Shown one piece after another: positions 27,581-36,200 of a stretch of DNA of 64,000 bases. The stretch is from Ignavibacteriales bacterium (GTDB taxonomy: Bacteria; Bacteroidota; Ignavibacteria; Ignavibacteriales; Ignavibacteriaceae): the NCBI GenBank assembly GCA_016707115.1, contig JADJIH010000001.1:751102-815101 (forward strand), in the 5' to 3' direction. The notes below the pieces were generated by a model, which had not been told where the DNA came from, searched no databases, and saw nothing but the letters and a program-made list of their open reading frames with translations. Every line of letters starts with the position of its first letter. Position 1 is the first letter of the stretch. A program made the translations under genes and the position numbers.

Positions 27581-29218
27581 TTATTTTCTCCAACCCTGTA
27601 CGATTGGGTATCTTCTTCCATATCCAAATGCTTTTGAAGAAACACGCAGTGCCGGAGCAGCTTGATTTCTTTTAAACTCATTCATATCAACCATTCGTAA
27701 CACTCTTTTTACCAAATCCTCATCACCAATAACATCTTTAATTTCAATATACTCTTTATTTTCTTCAAGATACATCCTTAAAATTTTATCAAGTAAATCA
27801 TAAGGTGGCAAAGTATCCTGATCAGTTTGATTTGGTTTAAGTTCTGCTGATGGGGCTTTATCTATTATTGCTTTAGGAATAATTTCTTTTTCTCTGTTGA
27901 TGTAATTTGCAATTCTATAAACGTCAGTTTTGTACACGTCTGCAATAACAGCAAGTCCACCGCACATATCTCCGTATAATGTGCAATAACCAACTGCCAT
28001 TTCAGATTTGTTTCCTGTTGTAAGAAGTAAATGTCCATTATTGTTTGAATAAGTCATCAGATATAGTCCGCGTATTCTTGCTTGCAGATTTTCTTCAGTC
28101 AGAGATTTAACATCATTTTTAATAATGGATTTCATTTGCTTTAATGTTTCATCAACAACTGGCTGGATGCTAATGTTTTCTGATTGAATTCCGAGATTAC
28201 GAATCAGTGCCTCGGAATCGGTTATACTTCCTTTACTTGAATATTTTGATGGCATTAGAATTACATTAACATTTTCTGCACCTAAAGCTTTTACAGCAAT
28301 ATAGGTTACTAGTGCAGAATCCATTCCACCGCTTAATCCAACTAAAACCTTTTTAAAACCTAATTTGTTACAATACTCCTTTAACCCAAAGACAAGTGAG
28401 TTATGAACTTCTTCTTCAAAAGATTCTTCACATTTTGTTATTGGAACATATTTCTCTTTCGTGTCAAAGATTACAAAATCTTCTTCAAAAGCTTTTCCGT
28501 GCTTAACAAGATTTCCATTTTCATCAAAGCACATACTTGCACCATCAAATATCAAATCAGTTTGTGCTCCAACACAGCAGACATAAGCAAGTGAAATTTT
28601 GTCTTTCTTCGTTAGCACTGAAAGCATTTCTTTACGTGCCGCACGTTTTCCGTAAGAGTAAGGACTTGCAGAAATATTTATTAAAATAGAAGCATTTTGT
28701 TTAAGCAATTCCTGAATAGGATCTTTATGATATCTTCTTCGATACCAATAATCAGCATCGTTCCATATATCTTCACAAATTGAGATGCCGAGTTTTTCAT
28801 CTTTAAATTTAAATACTAAAACACTTTCTGCAGAATCAAAATAACGCATTTCATCAAACACATCGTAATTTGGAATTAACGTTTTGTGCTGAACGAACTG
28901 TATCTTACCATCAAAACAAAAAATTGCTGAGTTATGAATATCTGTACCAATCTTATCGTTATCTTCCGTAATTGCACCGAATATTAAACCAACTTCTGTA
29001 GTTTGTAATGCAATTTCCTTTGCAGCCTTGTTAACGGCTTTACGGAATTCCTGTTTTTCAACAAGATCTAATGGCGGGTAACCAACAAGTGAAAGTTCAG
29101 GAAAGATTGCAAGATCAGCTTTTGCATCAATAGCTTTTTTGTATCCATCTAAAATCTTTTTCTTATTATAATCCAGATGTCCGATGATCGGATCGATTTG
29201 ACAGAGAGCAATTTTCAT
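27581..29218 (-). CDS. nadE: glutamine-dependent NAD+ synthetase
   Basis: An N-terminal CN-hydrolase domain (FPELSLVGYPP, ICEDIW) is followed by a C-terminal PP-loop SGGMDSALV. Confidence 0.9.
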   Translation of the reverse strand: MKIALCQIDPIIGHLDYNKKKILDGYKKAIDAKADLAIFPELSLVGYPPLDLVEKQEFRKAVNKAAKEIALQTTEVGLIFGAITEDNDKIGTDIHNSAIFCFDGKIQFVQHKTLIPNYDVFDEMRYFDSAESVLVFKFKDEKLGISICEDIWNDADYWYRRRYHKDPIQELLKQNASILINISASPYSYGKRAARKEMLSVLTKKDKISLAYVCCVGAQTDLIFDGASMCFDENGNLVKHGKAFEEDFVIFDTKEKYVPITKCEESFEEEVHNSLVFGLKEYCNKLGFKKVLVGLSGGMDSALVTYIAVKALGAENVNVILMPSKYSSKGSITDSEALIRNLGIQSENISIQPVVDETLKQMKSIIKNDVKSLTEENLQARIRGLYLMTYSNNNGHLLLTTGNKSEMAVGYCTLYGDMCGGLAVIADVYKTDVYRIANYINREKEIIPKAIIDKAPSAELKPNQTDQDTLPPYDLLDKILRMYLEENKEYIEIKDVIGDEDLVKRVLRMVDMNEFKRNQAAPALRVSSKAFGYGRRYPIVQGWRK

Positions 29219-29448
29219 GTAATAATAAACTTCATTATTTATTTAAATGTTACAACTAAAATAAACTAAGTTTTAATTAATACAATAATTAGCAGAATTT
29301 TCCTGCCATTCACCGATACCACTGGCCCGACAATAGACTGTTTTTCCCTAATTTAATAATCATATACCGTTGGTACTATAAAAAAAGCCTTCTGTGTATT
29401 TCTTTACTATAATTGCAACAGAAATTACAGACAGAAAGGAGTTCTGAA

Positions 29449-29928
29449 ATGTACAAGAAACTATATCGTTCGGTAACAGACAAAATGCTAGGTGGGGTTT
29501 GCGGAGGTTTAGCAGAATATTTTTCAATTGATCCAGTTCTAGTGAGATTGATTTTTGTTCTTGCAGTAATCTTTGGAGGCAGTGGTATTCTAGCTTATAT
29601 AATCCTGTGGATTATCATTCCGCAAAAACCATTTATTATAACGCCTTTTAACACTAATCCACCTAGTGGCAGTTCTCAGCCATCTGATGAGGAAAAAAAA
29701 AGTGAAAACACAGAGTTTAATATGAGCGCAATGAATATCAATAAATCTCAAAGTAACAGATCAATATATGCCGGAGCGTTTTTAATACTTTTGGGCGGAA
29801 TCTTTCTTTTAGATAATTTTGTTCCGCATTTTCACTTTGGTGATTTTTGGCCGCTAATTCTTATCGGATTAGGCTTTGCAATAATACTTAACGCACGTAA
29901 CAATACTGTTAATGAGGTAAGACAATGA
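29449..29928 (+). CDS. PspC-domain membrane protein
   Basis: The MYKKLYRS..DKMLGGVCGGLAEYF.IDP..VRLIFV PspC block. AAAGGAG lies 8 nt before the ATG at 29449. The C-terminus has a LiaI/LiaF-like TM pair. Confidence 0.85.
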   Translation: MYKKLYRSVTDKMLGGVCGGLAEYFSIDPVLVRLIFVLAVIFGGSGILAYIILWIIIPQKPFIITPFNTNPPSGSSQPSDEEKKSENTEFNMSAMNINKSQSNRSIYAGAFLILLGGIFLLDNFVPHFHFGDFWPLILIGLGFAIILNARNNTVNEVRQ

Positions 29929-30842
29929 AAACATCACATATTTTCTGGGGAGTATTTTTTATATCAATCGGAGGTTTAGTTCTTATCGGCAATTTAACCG
30001 ATTTGAACTTTACCTGGAATTCGGCCTGGAAATTCTGGCCAATGGTATTAGTACTGATAGGAGTTTCTATCCTTGTAAAAAACCAAATTGGTAAAGGTAT
30101 TGTTGCAGGTTTAGCTGCATTGGTGTTAGCATTAACTCTTTATGCATCGGTAAGTGCAACTACAAATCTTATTGATGATGATTTTGAAATAAACTTTAAT
30201 GATGATGAAGCTGTTTATGATACTACTAATTTCTCTCAGGAATACTCTGATTCAATTAAAACAGCAACATTAAATTTTAATTCTGGTGCTGGTGGATTTA
30301 AAATCCTAACTCCAACAGATAAATTGATAGATTTTATTACTGAAGGGAATGTAAACAGCTATAGTTTAGATAGGCAGGATATGGATTCTCATGCTGAAAT
30401 AAATTTTGAGATGAGAAACAATCATATCAAACTTCATAATAAAAATTATAAAAACTCTGTAGAAATGTCTTTGAATAAAAACCCTGAGTGGGCTTTGAAC
30501 TTTAGTGTTGGTGCCGCTTCCGTTGATTTAGATTTAACACAATATAAAGTAAGCAGATTGGATGTTGGGATGGGTGCTGCAGCATTTAATGTAAAACTTG
30601 GCAATCTTGTAGATGTAGCAAGAATAAAAATCGATGCTGGAGCTTCTGATATCGATATTTTAATACCAGATTCCGTAGGGTGTGAAATAAATGATGAAGC
30701 AGCTTTATCAAGCAGAAATTATGAAGGATTTAAAAAAGTTGATAATGATTTATATCGCTCAGAAAATTTTGATAAATATCCAAAGAAGATTTACATTGAT
30801 ATCAATTGCGGAGTTTCATCAATAGACGTGAAGAAATATTAA
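29925..30842 (+). CDS. LiaF-like membrane protein with C-terminal toast-rack (DUF2154/DUF4097-like) domain
   Basis: ATGA start/stop overlap with the PspC gene. An N-terminal TM pair (FWG.F.I.IG...L.GN...W..WP..LV.IG) is followed by repetitive G.G...V.L strands. Confidence 0.7.
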   Translation: MKTSHIFWGVFFISIGGLVLIGNLTDLNFTWNSAWKFWPMVLVLIGVSILVKNQIGKGIVAGLAALVLALTLYASVSATTNLIDDDFEINFNDDEAVYDTTNFSQEYSDSIKTATLNFNSGAGGFKILTPTDKLIDFITEGNVNSYSLDRQDMDSHAEINFEMRNNHIKLHNKNYKNSVEMSLNKNPEWALNFSVGAASVDLDLTQYKVSRLDVGMGAAAFNVKLGNLVDVARIKIDAGASDIDILIPDSVGCEINDEAALSSRNYEGFKKVDNDLYRSENFDKYPKKIYIDINCGVSSIDVKKY

Positions 30843-30902
30843 AGTGTGTAGTTCACCTCACAGCTAAGAATCACTTTAAGCTTTTTATAAAGTTAATGTA
30901 AC

Positions 30903-30935
30903 AAAAAAGGCGATTCAATTGAATCGCCTTTTTTT
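30903..30935. terminator. bidirectional terminator between convergent genes
   Basis: AAAAAAGGCGATTC-aat-tGAATCGCCTTTTTTT: a perfect stem flanked by an A-run and a T-run. Confidence 0.75.
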
Positions 30936-30946
30936 AATACTCAATA

Positions 30947-33259
30947 TCATTTAACCTTTATAGTAACACTTTCTGATCTACCTAAATCGTCAAGGCAAAC
31001 AACTTTAAACTTACCCATAGATAATTTATAAAAAACTTTTTCTCCGGGCTGACATTTACTAATCAACTCATCATTAACATACCAATAATGATTTTTTATT
31101 TTCGGATCGGCAGCAGATAATAAAACAATTTCTTGAGGATCGTCTTTATCAATTAAATATTCAAAACTCTCGGAAGGTGAAATGATTTTTGGTCCGTCAC
31201 CATTTTTTAATGAAGTACATTCTGGATTATGTTTTGGAATAGTATCCAACTCGATATGATTATTTTTAAAGTATGTTGATAACTCAGGTTGATAAACGAC
31301 AAATATTTTTTTTATATAATTGCTAACTGGTAAACACTCATTGCAGAATTGGATTGATTCATCATTGCTAACTAATACTTCCTGATGAATATCGCATTTA
31401 TTATTATGTGAACGATTTTGAATAGCTAATTCAGTTGTATGTTCCTTACATAGATCTGTTGGTAATAATCCAGAGACTGAACAAATTTCTCTTGAATAAA
31501 TATTGGCAGGTTTTTCAAACCATTTCATTTTTGAATTATAATCAATCACATTGAACAATTCGGCAAGTAGAGGCAAGGCAGATTCTGCACCTGTAAGAAA
31601 AGGCGAACCTTCTCCATCAAAATTGCCTACCCATACTACAATGGTATAGTTCGGATTAAAACCAATTGCCCAGGCATCTCTCTTTCCATAAGAGGTACCT
31701 GTTTTCCATGCAAACTTTGGTAGTTTGGAAAAATCCATATCCACGACCATATCGTTCCGCTTATTTCCGGATAGAATTTCAGCTATTAAATAACTTGTTT
31801 CTTTCGAGAATAATCTTTGACCTCCATCATCATTCAATTCACTTTTTGTGTAAGCTAATTGTTTATAATTGCCTTCTCTTCCAAAAGCAGAATAAAATCT
31901 ACCGAGTTCTTCCGCAGTTACACTACAACCGCCAAGAATCATTGATAGCCCGAGTTTATTTTTTTGATTTTTTATTTGCTTGAATCCCCCGCTTTCCAAA
32001 AGTTCAATAAAGCTTTTTATTCCTAATTGATTTAATAATATCACAGCAGGAATATTAAGAGAATTGGTAAGAGCAAATTCTGAAGTGACAAATCCATTAT
32101 ACTTTAAATCAAAATTTTCTGGTTCGTATCCTCCAACTTCGATAGGAACATCAAGCAGCTTTGTTCCTGGAGTAAGAAATCCCAATTCAAATGCCTCAGC
32201 ATATAATGCTGGTTTTAATGTTGATCCTGGAGATCTTTGCGCTAATATTCCATTAACCTGTCCTTGATGTTTTCTATCTTTAAAATTAGCTGAACCACAA
32301 TATCCAACCACAGACGAATTTCGATTATCAATAACAAGTACAGTTCCATTTGATATTTTCTTGCTTCTGATTCTATTGACATAATTTGCTAAAATATCTT
32401 CTGCATTTTGCTGTACACTTAAATCTAATGTTGATTGTACCTGGTCCTCATTTGTGTCGGTTTGATTTTTCAAGTAATAACAGAAATGCGGGGCAATCAT
32501 CGGTATTGAAAATCGATATGGTTTAATAGGTTCTTTGTATGCATCAAGTAAATCCTGTTTGGGAAAAACATTTTTGCTGATAAACTTTTTAATCCAGTAA
32601 TCTCTTTTCTTTTTTATCGAATCGTTTATTCGGTCTAATCGTAATTGATTAGGATTTCCCGGGATCACTGAGAGCATTATTGCTTGAGATAAGCTTAGTG
32701 TTTTCGGATGGTGATTAAAATAAATGTATGAAGCAGATTTTATACCTTCAATATTTCCACCCAGCGGGAGATGACTAAGGTAAATACTAAGAATTTCTTT
32801 TTTAGAATAATGTATTTCGTACTGAACTGCTCTGATTATTTCAAGAAATTTATTTATGTAAGTTCTTTTTTTAGGTTCAAGAATTCTTACAACCTGCATT
32901 GTAATGGTTGATGCACCGGATATTTTTTCATCATAAAAAATATTGTTGAATAAAGCTTTTACAATGGCAGTTAAATCAAAACCGTTATGTGTAAAAAAAT
33001 TTTTATCCTCTTTAACAATTATGGCTTTAATTAAATCAGGCGAAACATCTTCAATCCTTGTACGCAATCTCCATTTATGGTCTTCAGTTAGAAATGCGGT
33101 GAGCAGAGTTCCATCTTTTGCATAAATAGTTTTTGAATAAGGTTTAGTTGAGGGCAACGGAAAAAATAATTCCAATCCAACTAATCCTAACAAAAAAAAT
33201 AGAAAGTACTTAGCAAATTTATTTTTGAATATATTTTTTAGTTTTGATACTAAATCCAC
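30947..33259 (-). CDS. pbpC: penicillin-binding protein 1C (bifunctional GT51 transglycosylase/transpeptidase-like)
   Basis: GT51 block EDKNFFTHNGFD, SxxK in SPGSTLKP, and a C-terminal PBP1C-type extension. The start lies 11 nt after the A2M stop. Confidence 0.85.
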   Translation of the reverse strand: MDLVSKLKNIFKNKFAKYFLFFLLGLVGLELFFPLPSTKPYSKTIYAKDGTLLTAFLTEDHKWRLRTRIEDVSPDLIKAIIVKEDKNFFTHNGFDLTAIVKALFNNIFYDEKISGASTITMQVVRILEPKKRTYINKFLEIIRAVQYEIHYSKKEILSIYLSHLPLGGNIEGIKSASYIYFNHHPKTLSLSQAIMLSVIPGNPNQLRLDRINDSIKKKRDYWIKKFISKNVFPKQDLLDAYKEPIKPYRFSIPMIAPHFCYYLKNQTDTNEDQVQSTLDLSVQQNAEDILANYVNRIRSKKISNGTVLVIDNRNSSVVGYCGSANFKDRKHQGQVNGILAQRSPGSTLKPALYAEAFELGFLTPGTKLLDVPIEVGGYEPENFDLKYNGFVTSEFALTNSLNIPAVILLNQLGIKSFIELLESGGFKQIKNQKNKLGLSMILGGCSVTAEELGRFYSAFGREGNYKQLAYTKSELNDDGGQRLFSKETSYLIAEILSGNKRNDMVVDMDFSKLPKFAWKTGTSYGKRDAWAIGFNPNYTIVVWVGNFDGEGSPFLTGAESALPLLAELFNVIDYNSKMKWFEKPANIYSREICSVSGLLPTDLCKEHTTELAIQNRSHNNKCDIHQEVLVSNDESIQFCNECLPVSNYIKKIFVVYQPELSTYFKNNHIELDTIPKHNPECTSLKNGDGPKIISPSESFEYLIDKDDPQEIVLLSAADPKIKNHYWYVNDELISKCQPGEKVFYKLSMGKFKVVCLDDLGRSESVTIKVK

Positions 33260-33270
33260 AAGTTAAACTT

Positions 33271-36200
33271 TTACTTACGAGCATTAATATTAATTACTCC
33301 CGAGCCATTAAAGGAATGGTATTCCCTATCATACATAGCTTCTGCCCCAATTACCGGCAGTTGAAAGGAGCCCTGATTTACAGCACGCAACAAGTAATAA
33401 AATTCTTTCTTCTTACTTTGGGTAACATTTGTAAATAATAATAGTCTATCGTCTCGAATGTCCATATAATTAATATTAAGTGGTGAGTCAGTCTTCCAAT
33501 CAACTTCTGCTTTAGCATTTAGCCGTGGATTTTCAATCTCAAATCCTGCAGGAACCATATCCGTTATAACGATGTTATCAGCATTTCTTTCCATTCCATA
33601 CAACGAGATTTTACAGATGACCAAATCTCCCTGTGTAAAATTATTATTTGTGATAAGAGCCTTTGTTTTATAATTATAAAATTCTCTTCTCACTCTAAGA
33701 TTGGAATCCTCTTCTTTCACCTTTTCGTTAAGTTTTATTCCTTCACTATTCCAGAAATAATAAACTTGCCCTTTACCTTTAGCTTTTACAACTATTTCTT
33801 TTGCATTTAGTCTGTTATCCTTTATAGTTAAATCTTTATCATCATAATTGGCGATCGATTTTCCATCAACAATTACATCAACTTTTAAGTTATTTCCGGA
33901 AACATTTTTTGCAGCTTTACCAAGAGCCAAAAATGTAAATGATTGATCTTGTGTTGAATATGCATCATCTAAATTTTTAGTTAGGTATTTTATGATAATT
34001 GGTATCTGCTTATTTGCAGGTTCTAAATCCAACAAAACATTAAGCATTAAAGCATTAGCACGAATATCAGAATCAAAAGAACCGCCTGTTAATCTTTCCG
34101 GATGAACCGGTTCATACGATTTAGGAATTATTTCGTAGTAGGAATTCCATCTTCCATGTAAAGCATAAGCTCCGGCTAAGAAATATTTTGAATCTTCGGA
34201 CAATAGATTTAATCTTGCCTTATAATAATTCATGGTAGATAAATCAGTTTTTTTTGCGAGAGCTAAAACATACAGAGAATAAAGTATTTCTTTATGTGCG
34301 ATATTTACAATTGTTCGACTTCCGTTGCTTGAATAAATAACTGAATTATATGTTGAAGGTTCTTTCGCTTGCTGGCTAATGTAATCTAAAAGTCTATCAA
34401 GTGTATTTTCCGAAACATTATACTTGGCTTTTTGTGCTTCAAGAAGAAAATGAGCCGCATAAATTGAACCCCACCAATTTGAATAATCGCCACCCTGCCA
34501 ATATGCAATTGAACCATTGTGTAATTGCATTGATTCTATTTTTTTAATGCCTTCTTTAACATAATAAACAGGATTTGTAGTTTTATAAAATTCAGGTGCA
34601 ACAAGCTTTGCTAAGTCTTCAAAGTACAATTGAGGAAATAATTTTGAAACTGTTTGTTCGATGCATCCATGCGGATAACCAATTAATTGTTTTAGTTGCT
34701 TAGCATATTTTATTGCAGGAAACTTACTTATCGTTAAAGTGGTGCTTTGAGTATTTGACAAAAAGTTTTTGGGAATAAGTATTTTCAATTCTTCATTAGC
34801 TTTGATAGTTCCACTTCCCGTTTCAACAACCAACGGAGAAATTGGTCTTATTGCAATTTCTATTTCTTCTTTAGCATTTGCCTGACCGGTAACAATAAAC
34901 GATATTTTGCCTACACCAACTTGCGATGAAGCCTCAATATTAAAGACAACTATTTCAGATGATTTAGGTTTTATCTTGATAGTCTTTTCGCTTTGAGATG
35001 TAGATTTTAAAGGACCATCCAATTTCATTGTAAGTTTAACTTGTTTTTCCTTATCAGTAGTATTTATGATTGTTACAGGAGAAATTAACTTATCGTTTTG
35101 TGAAAGTGTCCTTGGAATCTGCGGTTCTATAATTATCTCATCAGCAACAAGCATAGTTTTTTCAGCCGATCCAAAGCTTGAGTTTGAATATGCTACCGCC
35201 ATTAGTCTAACGCTTCCATTAAACTGCGGAATGTTAACCGGAATTTTTATAATTCCATCACCGTTGGCTTTTTTGATTCCGCTCCAAAATGAAAGAAGTT
35301 TAAATCTTTTAACTATTATTGGATTTGTACGTTTCTTACTTTCATCTTCACCTCCATCACCTCCGGTTGATGAGTTTTTCTTAAACTCAGGTAAAAGCAG
35401 TTCATACAAATCATAACTATTAACTTCCAATGGTCTTTTTGCATACATAAAATTAAATGGATTAGGTGATTCATAATTTGTGATCTGCAAAATGCCTTCA
35501 TCAACGGCTGCTAAAGTAACCTGGATATTATTTGATGGTGTTGTTTTTATCGTAATCGTCTGAGTTGTATTTGGTTTTATTTTTTCAGGAGCAGAAATAT
35601 TTACAGAAAGTTTATTTTCTTTTTTAACAACACGAATGGACGAAAAACCATGACCAACAAAAAATGGAGACTCTTGTTCCGGTGTATGTTTCTTAAATAG
35701 TGTTGCGGTTACATAAACATTAGGCATGTAATCGTCGGTTAACTTAATAGATAATTCAGCAGACTTATTTTTGACTTCAATGTACTCATGATGAAGGACA
35801 TTATTTCGTTCAATTGTCACAAGCATCTTACCAGAAAATGGACAGGCAAAAAGTATTTTAGCAGTTTCTCCGGGTTGATATTCTTTTTTATCAGTTACAA
35901 TTGAAATCCTGCCTTCTCTATCAACTTTAAATGATGTTGATGTAGAGCTGCTCCAACCGTAAGCATAGAATTCCTGTTTTTGATAGTCTTCATCTCCAGT
36001 TTTTGATATTCTTAATTCATACTTACCTGATCGGTTAACTTTAAATTTTAATGGGGTTTTTCCATCAATTACTATGTTTTTCTCCCATTCATCAAAAGGT
36101 TTTTCTTCGGATGCGTAAAAATATCTATCAGAGTTATCTTTCTTTAAAACAGTCTGCCATTCAAGTCTTACAAGTTTAGCTGTTGCATTAAACTTTGGAA

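Noticed and set aside
35066-35416. Several 60-116-aa ORFs antisense to or embedded within the alpha-2-macroglobulin gene (also 36999..37471 and 37955..38179)
   Set aside because: All lie inside a continuous 1815-codon ORF with a clear family identity. Their translations are low-complexity.
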